A stretch of DNA of 36,167 nucleotides from a virus (IMGVR_UViG_3300016484_000260:1-36167), one strand, 5' to 3'. Shown: positions 18,097-26,262, counted from the stretch's first letter. Numbers and translations are program-made. Notes: generated from the sequence alone by a model not told the origin.

Positions 18097-20445
18097 ATGG
18101 CGACCGCACTGATCGACATCCTGCAAGACCCCAACTACGTCAACGCCAATGAGCCGACGAAGCGGGCCATCTTTGACAAGTACGCGCCGCTCGACCAGAA
18201 CTACGCCAAGGCCAACGCTGCAACGCAAGAAGCCATCCGCATCAAGTTCGGCGTGGCGCAACCGCGCGCCACCGAGTCGGAAGGCGTGCCCACCGGCCCA
18301 CGCGCTGAAGCGCCCAGCCCTCGTGAAGACCATGCTTGGTACACGCCAAGCGGCGTGGCGCAAACAGTTGGAAATATTGCCGCAGGCGCATTTCGCGGTG
18401 CTGGATCTATCGGAGCGACATTAATTCGGCCTTTTGAAACGGCAGAAGAAAACGCAGCACGCCGACGAGCTATGGATGAAGAGTTGCGAACATTAGGCGC
18501 ACAACCAGAATCTTTGGCATACGACATTGCAAAAATAGGCGGGGAAATAGCAGGAACTTTACCAATAGGTGGTGTGGTCGCTAAACCATTAGCCTATGCA
18601 GCAACTCGCGTGCCTGCTTTAGCGCCATATATTACACCCGTTGCAACCGCGGTTGAATCTTCTGGTTTTACCGCTGGCAAAAAAGTCAGAGGTTTGCCAG
18701 CATTGGGGGCTAGGACAGCGGGTGGCGCAGTAACAGGTGCGGCGACCGCAGGTTTAACAGCGCCTGAAGAAACGGCGACAGGTGCTGGCGTTGGTGCAGG
18801 ACTTTCTTTAGTTGCGCCGCCAATTGCAAATACTTTAGCTAAAAGTTCTGGATTTCTTATCGATGCTTTTAGTGGGAAATTGGCCGAAATTAAAGCCGGA
18901 AAGATCGCCCGCGATGTTGCTGGAGATCGCATTGGAGCTATTCGTGCGGCATTATTGGCCGCGCCTGAAGATGTGACGGCAGCACAAGCGGCGTCTGGTA
19001 TCCAGCGAAATGAATGGCAAGCCCTTGGCGCCATGGCCGCTAAAAATAACGAAACTTCAGCATTGTTGAAACGTCAAGCGGATGACGATTTAGCAGAACT
19101 TCAACGCTTGGCCGAAGGCGGTAACGCAACAGAAGCCAGAGCGGCATATGAACAATCAATTAAACGGCTTAATCAACTCACCGACGACATGCGAAATGTT
19201 GAGTTGCAAGCAGCTAATCAAGCAGGACAAACCATCAATCGTTTGACGCCTCAACTAGAACAACGCCAAGAGTCTATGGTCAATGCCTTACGCGGCGGGA
19301 TGCCTACCGGCGCCGCATTACCAGGGCAAGCAACCATTTCGCCCGTCACCGAAGCTGCCCAGCAAGCCGCAACGGCAGCCAAAGGCAAACCGGGATTTTT
19401 AACGGCTGGGACGCGGGCACAAGAATGGCAAAAGACGTCCGACATATTTGCTGACATTGCCAAACAGCGGCGCGCCGAATCTGGTTTTATCGAACGTCAG
19501 ATTGGCAGTTTAGCTGATCATGGTTTGCAACCGCTGGACGCTGGCGCAATCACCGGCGTTATCGATGCCAAGCTAAATCAGCCCGGTTTGCGTGCCAGCT
19601 CAAACGTCACAAAGGTGTTGCAAGCTATAAAAGATGACATCAACAATTTGACCGCTAAAGGCGGCGGCGTCATAGATGCAAACGATCTGTACACGTTGCG
19701 TAAAGAAGGCATTAACGAACGCATTGCACAAATTCTTGGACAAACTGATCCCAAAGTTAGCGCAAAAGTTACCAACAAAATGTTGCAAGAAATTCGCCCG
19801 TTAATCGACGATGCTATTGAAAAAGCTGGTGGTACAGGATGGCGCGATTACTTGAAAACGTATTCGCAAGGTATGCAAGCCATCGACCAAAAAGCGATGG
19901 CTGCCGAAGCTGCGCGGTTGTTCAAAGATTCGCCGCAAGAGTATGTGCGGCTTGTGCGCGGCAACAACCCTGACGCTGTCGAAGCCATTTTTGGTCCTGG
20001 CAGCTATGACATTTTCAAAGAAATGGGCAGCAAAATGCCTACCTTGGAAAAAGTCGCATCTAACGTGGAACGCGGCGCAACAATGGAAGAAGCCGCACAA
20101 AAAGGTACAGAAGAATTAGGAAAAATCGCGGATAAATATTCAACTAATTTCAAAATTCCTTGGGGGTTAAGCGCTAAAACAGCAGCAATTAATAAGGGTT
20201 TGGACGTTATCGAAAAACGTCTTGGCACAAAAATATCTGAAAAGTTGCAAGAAGGAATGCGTTCTGGTAAAAGTGCGCTTGAAATGCTAAATACATTTCC
20301 TGCTGTAGAACGTATCAAAATTTTGCGCGCGCTTACTGATCCTGCGTCATGGAAAGGTTCGGCTGCTAGAGCAGCGACAGCGCAAAATCCAACAAACAAT
20401 TTGTATCCTGAAGAACAAAATAAAAACGCACTAACAGAGAGATAA
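18097..20445 (+). CDS. putative large DNA ejection protein (gp16-like position)
   Basis: 782 aa, Ala/Gly-rich hydrophobic stretch (GGAVTGAATAG...GAGVGAGL); last virion gene before lysis. Confidence 0.65.
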   Translation: MATALIDILQDPNYVNANEPTKRAIFDKYAPLDQNYAKANAATQEAIRIKFGVAQPRATESEGVPTGPRAEAPSPREDHAWYTPSGVAQTVGNIAAGAFRGAGSIGATLIRPFETAEENAARRRAMDEELRTLGAQPESLAYDIAKIGGEIAGTLPIGGVVAKPLAYAATRVPALAPYITPVATAVESSGFTAGKKVRGLPALGARTAGGAVTGAATAGLTAPEETATGAGVGAGLSLVAPPIANTLAKSSGFLIDAFSGKLAEIKAGKIARDVAGDRIGAIRAALLAAPEDVTAAQAASGIQRNEWQALGAMAAKNNETSALLKRQADDDLAELQRLAEGGNATEARAAYEQSIKRLNQLTDDMRNVELQAANQAGQTINRLTPQLEQRQESMVNALRGGMPTGAALPGQATISPVTEAAQQAATAAKGKPGFLTAGTRAQEWQKTSDIFADIAKQRRAESGFIERQIGSLADHGLQPLDAGAITGVIDAKLNQPGLRASSNVTKVLQAIKDDINNLTAKGGGVIDANDLYTLRKEGINERIAQILGQTDPKVSAKVTNKMLQEIRPLIDDAIEKAGGTGWRDYLKTYSQGMQAIDQKAMAAEAARLFKDSPQEYVRLVRGNNPDAVEAIFGPGSYDIFKEMGSKMPTLEKVASNVERGATMEEAAQKGTEELGKIADKYSTNFKIPWGLSAKTAAINKGLDVIEKRLGTKISEKLQEGMRSGKSALEMLNTFPAVERIKILRALTDPASWKGSAARAATAQNPTNNLYPEEQNKNALTER

Positions 20446-20447
20446 TC

Positions 20448-20660
20448 ATGGTGTTAGAAGGCAGCGCAGAAATCGACCCGGTTAAGTACGGAGCCTTGTG
20501 GCAAAAAGTGCAAGACATGGACAAGAAAATCGACAAGATGGAGCAGCAGATGGAGCAGCTCATCGACATGGCTAACCGATCAAAAGGCGCATTGTGGCTT
20601 GGCATTGGGATCTGGTCGTTCTTGACTGCGGTAGCTGGATTTTTCTTTGGCAGACAATGA
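20448..20660 (+). CDS. small coiled-coil plus C-terminal TM protein (holin/XhlA-like)
   Basis: Coiled coil followed by hydrophobic GALWLGIGIWSFLTAVAGFFF; first gene of the lysis cassette. Confidence 0.6.
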   Translation: MVLEGSAEIDPVKYGALWQKVQDMDKKIDKMEQQMEQLIDMANRSKGALWLGIGIWSFLTAVAGFFFGRQ

Positions 20661-21070
20661 TTTTACTGAATGAATATTTCGGTGATTTTGTCGGCCACAA
20701 GGACGCCACCGATGTCGTTGTTGCAAACGCAAAAGAGTTTCTTTCCAAAGTAAATTCTTTGCTTGATACCGCGGTTATTGACGGGGTGGATTTGCGTATC
20801 AACCCGGTTACAGGCAACCATATTTCGGGGAAAACTTACGGCGGATTCAGGCCGCAAGATTGCAAGCAAGGCGCACCGACCAGTTCTCACAAGGAAGGCC
20901 GTGGAGTCGATATTTACGACCCAGATAACTCATTAGATGACTGGTGCTTTCGGCATCAGGGAATTCTGAAACTGCAAGGGCTTTACATGGAACACCCGCA
21001 AAGCACCTTGCGCTGGTGCCATTTGACAGATCGCGCCCCTGCATCAAAGAAAACAGTGTTCTTCCCATGA
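20657..21070 (+). CDS. endolysin, peptidase M15 family
   Basis: GGFRP...SSHKEGRGVDI...WCHL zinc-peptidase motifs; ATG at 20657 overlaps the preceding stop. Confidence 0.85.
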   Translation: MILLNEYFGDFVGHKDATDVVVANAKEFLSKVNSLLDTAVIDGVDLRINPVTGNHISGKTYGGFRPQDCKQGAPTSSHKEGRGVDIYDPDNSLDDWCFRHQGILKLQGLYMEHPQSTLRWCHLTDRAPASKKTVFFP

Positions 21071-21237
21071 CGCATTCCAAGTTGCTTGAAAACAGAATGC
21101 GGACTTTGCGATTGCGCTTTGATGCTCCGTTTCCAAGAGAATGCAAAGATCATCGAGATATGATCAAATTGTGGCGCCTTACTCAACGCATTTATCTAGC
21201 AAAGGGTAAAAAAAATGTGGCCGACACTGATAAGTAG
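21067..21237 (+). CDS. small basic hypothetical protein, 56 aa
   Basis: ATGA overlap with the endolysin stop; lies between endolysin and holin. Confidence 0.5.
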   Translation: MTHSKLLENRMRTLRLRFDAPFPRECKDHRDMIKLWRLTQRIYLAKGKKNVADTDK

Positions 21238-21610
21238 CATTTTGCCAGGATTGCTGGACAAGATTTTCCCGGACAAGGCCAAGGCTGACGAAGCCAAACT
21301 GAAACTGCTAGAGCTTCAGCAAGCCGGGATGCTTGCAGAGCTAAAGGCACAAACGGATCTTGCACAAGGTCAGCTTGCTGTTAATGTTGAAGAAGCAAAA
21401 AGCGCCAACCTGTTTGTTTCAGGATGGCGGCCTTCTGTTGGTTGGGTGTGCAGTGCTGCTCTTGTGTACGAGTTTATTGCTCGCCCGCTGGCAATCGGAT
21501 TTGGTCATCCGATGCCAGACCTGGCAATGGAAGATCTCAACACACTGTTGTTTGGGATGCTCGGACTTGGAGCGTTAAGGACAGTGGAAAAAGTAAAGGG
21601 CGTTGCATAG
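21215..21610 (+). CDS. holin (3TM gene-transfer-release family)
   Basis: FVSGWRPSVGWVC and LFGMLGLGALRTVEKVKG signatures. Confidence 0.88.
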   Translation: MWPTLISSILPGLLDKIFPDKAKADEAKLKLLELQQAGMLAELKAQTDLAQGQLAVNVEEAKSANLFVSGWRPSVGWVCSAALVYEFIARPLAIGFGHPMPDLAMEDLNTLLFGMLGLGALRTVEKVKGVA

Positions 21611-21614
21611 TTTT

Positions 21615-21815
21615 TCATGCTTTGACTTTTTTGACCAATCCCTTAATGGGCGATAACGCCTTGCACTCATCAGGGCAGGTGCTTTCCCGGATGTGACATA
21701 CCGATACAGGCACGCTACATGAGCAATCATTTTTTGGATTGATGCCTCGCAGCAAACATTTCGGGCAACAAGTCGCTCCATTAGCGGAGCGTTTGAACAT
21801 GACCGGAAATTTCAT
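21615..21815 (-). CDS. small Cys-rich hypothetical protein
   Basis: 66 aa with 8 Cys; ATGA overlap with the upstream gene; ends 4 bp from the holin stop. Confidence 0.5.
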   Translation of the reverse strand: MKFPVMFKRSANGATCCPKCLLRGINPKNDCSCSVPVSVCHIRESTCPDECKALSPIKGLVKKVKA

Positions 21816-22186
21816 AATCCAAGCAACCCAGAAAATGTGCTTCCTTTTGCAATGCGTTTTGCCATTTGCCGCAATCGTTTTGCCCGATGCCCATCTTCCC
21901 CTGTGCGTTTGCGCCAGTCTTTAATCTTTTGCGCGTTGGTTTTCGGCTCTGGCCGCTTGGCATCAGGTTTATCGCCCAGTGCCCATACGCGAGGCGCAGG
22001 CCCACGTGATTCGGTTTTTACCCAAGAATGGATATAAATAAGTTTCTTTTCTTTCATGGCAATCAATAGCAAGTTGATGCTTGCGCGATGAGCATGGCAG
22101 AGATAGCATAACTCATCTGTTGTCGCTGGTGCAATTTCCAGCTTGCCCATTATGCGCGAAGCAAGGGGGGAATTTAGCGTTGGCAT
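21812..22186 (-). CDS. putative winged-helix DNA-binding protein
   Basis: ATTDELCYLCHAHRASINLLL...LIYIHSW...PRVWALG pattern; basic C-terminus. Confidence 0.6.
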   Translation of the reverse strand: MPTLNSPLASRIMGKLEIAPATTDELCYLCHAHRASINLLLIAMKEKKLIYIHSWVKTESRGPAPRVWALGDKPDAKRPEPKTNAQKIKDWRKRTGEDGHRAKRLRQMAKRIAKGSTFSGLLGL

Positions 22187-22470
22187 GATTTCAATTGGTT
22201 AATTTTGCGCTGAATGTACCAAATGGCTTTTTCTAGGTTTTCGATTGGATCGCCTTTCTTATCCCATCGAGCAAGGTATTTATTGGAATTCCACAACAAT
22301 GGTTCATGTGGATACCATTCATCAGCTACATCGGCCACTTCGTACTTGCTGAAAGTGTAATGCGACGGATGATTGACCGTGTCATTCTGGCATGGCACCG
22401 CATCGCCAGGCACTTTATCCGGCGTGGCGCAAGTACAGTTGCGCCCCTGATTACAGTCATGGTTGCACAT
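22174..22470 (-). CDS. DUF3310 (SaV-like) protein
   Basis: DTVNHPSHY...KYLARWDKKG..IENLEKAIWY signature; N-terminal CNHDCNQGRNC; RBS AAGGAG. Confidence 0.85.
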   Translation of the reverse strand: MCNHDCNQGRNCTCATPDKVPGDAVPCQNDTVNHPSHYTFSKYEVADVADEWYPHEPLLWNSNKYLARWDKKGDPIENLEKAIWYIQRKINQLKSCQR

Positions 22471-22499
22471 TTTACAATCTCCTTTTAGATGTGTTTATA

Positions 22500-22721
22500 T
22501 CATTCCGATGCCGTCCCGCCAGCGCCGACTTTTGCCAGTATCTCGTCTGCCCAGCTTCGCGCTATTTTCCCGGCCCCAACAAGCTCGCGCCCGTGCGCCA
22601 CCATGTTCGCGTCAAATCCGCCGTAGTAGTCCATCCATGCGCCGATGGTGACCATTTCATCAGCAAGATCACGCAGACTGTACGCAATATCTTCAGGGTG
22701 CATTCCGCCGATTCCGCTCAT
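22500..22721 (-). CDS. hypothetical protein, 73 aa
   Basis: ATG at 22721 overlaps the upstream stop; bounded by 26-bp direct repeats. Confidence 0.65.
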   Translation of the reverse strand: MSGIGGMHPEDIAYSLRDLADEMVTIGAWMDYYGGFDANMVAHGRELVGAGKIARSWADEILAKVGAGGTASE

Positions 22722-22750
22722 TCCGCCGTCCCGCCAGCGCCGACTTTTGC
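22510..22750. repeat. 26-bp perfect direct repeat (22510-22535 and 22725-22750)
   Basis: GCCGTCCCGCCAGCGCCGACTTTTGC occurs twice. Confidence 0.92.
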
Positions 22751-22804
22751 GCCGGAATAGCAAGTGGATTTATCGAGGAACTTTTGAATCAGTCTTTTGT
22801 TCAT
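22718..22804 (-). CDS. 28-aa peptide MNKRLIQKFLDKSTCYSGAKVGAGGTAE
   Basis: Read by hand; ATGA overlaps at both ends (translational coupling). Confidence 0.5.
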   Translation of the reverse strand: MNKRLIQKFLDKSTCYSGAKVGAGGTAE

Positions 22805-23043
22805 TTTCCAATTACTCCTACACGTTTTAGTTTTGATTCTTCATATGTTCGCTTTAGATTAAGAAGGTCTATGCATTGTTGGTATGATGCATCAATATGT
22901 GCTTTGTGTGTGATCTTCTGTTCTTCTGTTGCGGCATACTTGATATTGAAGATGGCGTGTTCCAGTAGAGCAACTATTTGCTTTTGCTTTTCTAGTTCGT
23001 TCGTAATGTATCTCGCCATTGCTAGGATTTCTTCGCGGTTCAT
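22801..23043 (-). CDS. hypothetical protein (MNREEILAMA...)
   Basis: ATGA-coupled; common N-terminus of small phage early proteins. Confidence 0.6.
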   Translation of the reverse strand: MNREEILAMARYITNELEKQKQIVALLEHAIFNIKYAATEEQKITHKAHIDASYQQCIDLLNLKRTYEESKLKRVGVIGK

Positions 23044-23180
23044 TCTTCCCAACTCCCAATTTCAATAACTGTTTCATCAAACAATCCGTACCACCAACGA
23101 AGGAAAGGTACTACGCAAGTAAGAACGTCTGATGTTTCGTAGTCACCAGCTTTCCCGACACGGACAGTGGAATATTTCAT
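23040..23180 (-). CDS. hypothetical protein, 46 aa (MKYSTVRVG...)
   Basis: ATG just after the upstream stop, with GGAG; coupled to the next gene. Confidence 0.5.
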   Translation of the reverse strand: MKYSTVRVGKAGDYETSDVLTCVVPFLRWWYGLFDETVIEIGSWEE

Positions 23181-23181
23181 C

Positions 23182-23547
23182 TCACTCCACCTTCGCCATT
23201 GCTGCGTCGATTGCGTTATCTGCATCTTCTTCCGTTAGCAGAATCAGCATATGGTTTTCATCTTCACAGTCAATCCAGCATCCTGCTTCCGGCCCGCTTC
23301 TGTCTAGGCATTCTCGGCGTGATGCGTGGCGAAGATAACGATACCTAGCAGCATCAGCTTGACAGGCGGCGAGTTGTTTCTTCGCATCGTAAGAACCGCT
23401 CATGTAGGCGAGGGCTAGTGCCTTATTTGCATCATCCCGCTCGCGCTGCATTTGCATCGACGCCTTTATTGCATCGTCCCGCTCGCGCTGCATTTGGGCT
23501 AGTAGTGCCTGACTCATCATGTCTAAATCATTAGCGTATTTGCTCAT
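23182..23547 (-). CDS. hypothetical protein of the ead/ea22-like class
   Basis: DAARYRYLR and IDAAM motifs; internal duplication of QMQRERDDA. Confidence 0.7.
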   Translation of the reverse strand: MSKYANDLDMMSQALLAQMQRERDDAIKASMQMQRERDDANKALALAYMSGSYDAKKQLAACQADAARYRYLRHASRRECLDRSGPEAGCWIDCEDENHMLILLTEEDADNAIDAAMAKVE

Positions 23548-23933
23548 ACATCCTCCGGCTTAGGTGCTGCTTGCAGCATGGCCTTGTAAATCTGTTCAAT
23601 CTGTTTTCCGGCCATCAGATAGGTAGTGCCGTCTTCACCGTCATGTTGAGAGTGATTTTGCCCGGCATTCCACATTTCACATGTCGGTTCCTTCGGCACA
23701 AGCTGCCACTTCTCCACGTCGTATGGCACAGCGGGGGCGGTTAGCTTTGCCTCCATTGCTTCTAACTGCTCATCTAGAGCAAAGAATGCTTCAAGCGGGT
23801 ACGTTTTAACCGGAACAGGATCAACTTTTTCAATCTGCTCTAGTGCGGCGCGGAGTGCGATTCTTGCTTCGGCGTATTTGTAGTCATCTAACGCCTCAAC
23901 CGCTAGGCGCATGGCTTCAAGTGGTGTGGTCAT
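23544..23933 (-). CDS. hypothetical protein
   Basis: WQLVPKEPT and YKAMLQAAPKP motifs of phage early proteins. ATG 23933 has RBS AAGGA; alternative GTG start at 23966. Confidence 0.7.
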   Translation of the reverse strand: MTTPLEAMRLAVEALDDYKYAEARIALRAALEQIEKVDPVPVKTYPLEAFFALDEQLEAMEAKLTAPAVPYDVEKWQLVPKEPTCEMWNAGQNHSQHDGEDGTTYLMAGKQIEQIYKAMLQAAPKPEDV

Positions 23934-23962
23934 ATCTCGATCCTTTCTAGCATGTTCATTTC

Positions 23963-24127
23963 TCACCCCCTCCTTCGCTTAGAGCTTCTTATGGTTTCGT
24001 ATCCGTAGCCATATCCGTCGCCGTAGCCGTCGCCATAGCCGTAGCCGATACCGTAGCCGGAGCTGTAGCTGTAGCCGTTGCCGTAGCCGGAGCTGTAGCC
24101 GTTGCCTACAGGACGAAATGTGGTCAC
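23963..24127 (-). CDS. Gly/Tyr-repeat peptide, 54 aa (MTTFRPVGNGYSSGYGNGYSYSSGYGIGYGYGDGYGDGYGYGYETIRSSKRRRG)
   Basis: Read by hand; GTGA overlap with the upstream stop; explains the GGCTAC hexamer repeats. Not in the ORF track. Confidence 0.75.
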   Translation of the reverse strand: MTTFRPVGNGYSSGYGNGYSYSSGYGIGYGYGDGYGDGYGYGYETIRSSKRRRG

Positions 24128-24444
24128 TTAAGTCCCCAATTTTCAGAAACCGGAACACAAAAGATTTCCGCATCTTCGGGAATGTCCACGTCAGCAATCG
24201 GACGCAAATCAGCTTTGGCGGTGTTCTCGATCATCCCGGCAAAACCGACAGACTCCCATTTGAAAACGTGCAACGCACGGGACAGCCTGATCCGACCGTT
24301 TTCACGGGTAACGTCACCAGCAAAAATCCAGCCGCGATCTACAACGATGATTGCGCGATTGCCGTTTGCTTTCGGTTGAGCCGCCTGATCCGCACGAATG
24401 TAATCTACGCCGTTGATGGTAATGGTTTCATGTTGAATGTTCAT
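24124..24444 (-). CDS. conserved phage hypothetical protein (DUF6948-like, small beta-barrel)
   Basis: TITINGVDYIRAD N-terminus and IIVVDRGWIFAG motif; strong RBS TAAGGAG. Confidence 0.7.
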   Translation of the reverse strand: MNIQHETITINGVDYIRADQAAQPKANGNRAIIVVDRGWIFAGDVTRENGRIRLSRALHVFKWESVGFAGMIENTAKADLRPIADVDIPEDAEIFCVPVSENWGLK

Positions 24445-24481
24445 TTGTATCTCCTTAAAAGTTTTGGTTTACATCATTGTT

Positions 24482-24578
24482 GGTCACTCCACCGCCCCGC
24501 TGCCTAAAAAATGCCTTCATCAACCCACTCATTTCGTGATAATTGATTAATGGGATTTTTACGGGGCGGGGAGTGATC
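24482..24578 (-). ncRNA. candidate structured RNA element (long intergenic stem-loop)
   Basis: Outer arms GGTCACTCC-A-CCGCCCCG and CGGGGCGG-GGAGTGATC pair over ~17 bp, with inner pairable TAAAAA/TTTTTA and CCCA/TGGG segments. Confidence 0.5.
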
Positions 24579-24585
24579 GGTAGCG

Positions 24586-24825
24586 TCATTGCCTATCTTT
24601 AACCCTGGATACCGCAGGGATGTATTTGCGAGTTACATTAATACCAATGGCTGCACGACACCGGCGGTCAAGGGCTTCCAGCCCAATGGCATCGCCAGCT
24701 CTGTATTTTGAATGCGCTATAAACTCTTGCTTCCATTCGGCAGGGAGTGGATACGGCAAGGCAATATAGGTGATCATTCCATCAGCCACCTTGCCCATAT
24801 CCGAAGGAATACGATTGGTTGCCAT
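24586..24825 (-). CDS. hypothetical protein, 79 aa (MATNRIPSD...)
   Basis: TAATG overlap with the upstream ORF; RBS GGGAG. Confidence 0.6.
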   Translation of the reverse strand: MATNRIPSDMGKVADGMITYIALPYPLPAEWKQEFIAHSKYRAGDAIGLEALDRRCRAAIGINVTRKYIPAVSRVKDRQ

Positions 24826-24989
24826 TACAGTCTCCCTTCCGCCATAGCTTTTAACACGACAAGTCGTAGCGTCTGGCACATAATGCCTTGCTCCCGTTTC
24901 TTGGCATCGTAGGTGCTGTGCTGCGCCAAAACCCATTTGTTGCCCAGATATCGTTTGGCAATTTCAATTTTTTCTAGCAGTGTCAGCAT
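24825..24989 (-). CDS. hypothetical protein, 54 aa (MLTLLEKIEIAKRYLGNKWVLA...)
   Basis: Read by hand; TAATG overlaps at both ends. Confidence 0.6.
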   Translation of the reverse strand: MLTLLEKIEIAKRYLGNKWVLAQHSTYDAKKREQGIMCQTLRLVVLKAMAEGRL

Positions 24990-25594
24990 TAGAGTGACTC
25001 CAGTTTTCTTACGGTTGCATCAACTTCAGCAAGGAATTTCTCAACTTCTTCTTCCAGCTCTGAAATATATTCGTCATTGCGGTTATAGCGGACAACGAAC
25101 AGGCGATGTTTTTCAGGCATTCTCGGATCGTATGAAACAAAATCCACCCACTGTCGATTGGCGCACGTTAGCTGCCAGGCCATTTGTGGCAAATGTTCAG
25201 CAGGAGGAGTGCCGGCCAGCAGCCATTCAATGTGCGTTGCCGTATTCGGACATTTGATTTCAACCATGCCATCGTCGCCAATCAGACCATCAGGAGAGGC
25301 GCCGGCCAACGGAATCGTCGGATGTTCGATAAATCCGATTTCTTCAACAATCTGATTGCATTTCATTTCGTATTCAGTGCGGGCGTTGGGTTCCTGCTCC
25401 ACGCCCCACTGCATAGCTGCGTTGGAGTAAGACTCCGCTTTCTGGCGCGTCATACGTTCGCAGACAAGCTGCGCTGCGTAGTTCTTGCGAGAAGAGCTGT
25501 AGCCTGTTTTGGTCTTGGCAATAAGATCCTTGACGCGGGAAGCTGTCACCTTCCCTAACCTGGCGTCAAACCATTCGTCTGTGCGTTGTTCCAT
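24989..25594 (-). CDS. YqaJ / lambda-exonuclease family 5'-3' exonuclease
   Basis: QRTDEWFDARLGKVTAS, AMQWGVEQEP, GASPDGL, EIKCP, QMAWQL and DFVSYDPR motifs. Confidence 0.95.
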   Translation of the reverse strand: MEQRTDEWFDARLGKVTASRVKDLIAKTKTGYSSSRKNYAAQLVCERMTRQKAESYSNAAMQWGVEQEPNARTEYEMKCNQIVEEIGFIEHPTIPLAGASPDGLIGDDGMVEIKCPNTATHIEWLLAGTPPAEHLPQMAWQLTCANRQWVDFVSYDPRMPEKHRLFVVRYNRNDEYISELEEEVEKFLAEVDATVRKLESL

Positions 25595-25596
25595 GA

Positions 25597-26241
25597 TCAG
25601 AAAGGAAGATCGTTTTCGAGGTCAGAAAAATCGCCGGCATCACTTGAGGCCACCACCGGAGCTGGCTCGTCACCAGTGCGCTTGTCGATATCCTTGAGGT
25701 ACTTCATTTTTTTATCCAAAGCCGTAGCTTCACTGGCTTTCTCAATGATCTCGGTGGCTGTCATCTTTGTTTTGGCATCAAAGAATCCAACAATGTTCAT
25801 GCTGTACTTTGGATTTCCGTTTTTGTCAAAGCCATCCTTGAGTTCTTTCTGCAACAGAATGCCAATCGGCTTGCTGCACAGCGCGTTGAAATTGACCACC
25901 TCGACCGGAATTTTTGCATTCGCGTTGCGATCCCATTCTTCAACAATGACCGTTTCGGTGCTGATTTCACGCAGTTTCAGGCAGGTCATGGCCGACATCA
26001 ACATGCCCATGCCAAAAGTCTCGGTTCCATCTGCCTTGCGGACGTACAGGCGCAACCAGTTGGCAACGCGGCCATCGTCAGCCTGGAAAGTAAATTCAAT
26101 GCCTTCGGTGCCGCTGTTGGCAACAATCTGTTTTGCCAAGGTGAATTCACCAGTGTAAGCGCCGCTGGCATCAATGCGTTCCATGCCTCGCGGGGCATCG
26201 GCTTGTTTGACGGTTTCGACGTTCAGTTTGTAAGTGGTCAT
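25597..26241 (-). CDS. putative single-stranded DNA-binding protein (DUF669-like)
   Basis: Acidic C-terminus ending DLPF; lies between the annealing protein and the exonuclease. Confidence 0.7.
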   Translation of the reverse strand: MTTYKLNVETVKQADAPRGMERIDASGAYTGEFTLAKQIVANSGTEGIEFTFQADDGRVANWLRLYVRKADGTETFGMGMLMSAMTCLKLREISTETVIVEEWDRNANAKIPVEVVNFNALCSKPIGILLQKELKDGFDKNGNPKYSMNIVGFFDAKTKMTATEIIEKASEATALDKKMKYLKDIDKRTGDEPAPVVASSDAGDFSDLENDLPF

Positions 26242-26262
26242 TTTTTTTGCTCCTGTGGTTGA

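Noticed and set aside
23979-24197. ORF-track Arg/Leu-rich 72-aa ORF (RLRLRY...)
   Set aside because: Alternative frame of the GGCTAC repeats; the Gly/Tyr frame has proper start/stop coupling.
24482-24578. tRNA or intrinsic terminator
   Set aside because: No TTCGA T-loop or cloverleaf; the enclosed region is too large and there is no U-tract for a terminator. Kept as a generic structured RNA candidate.
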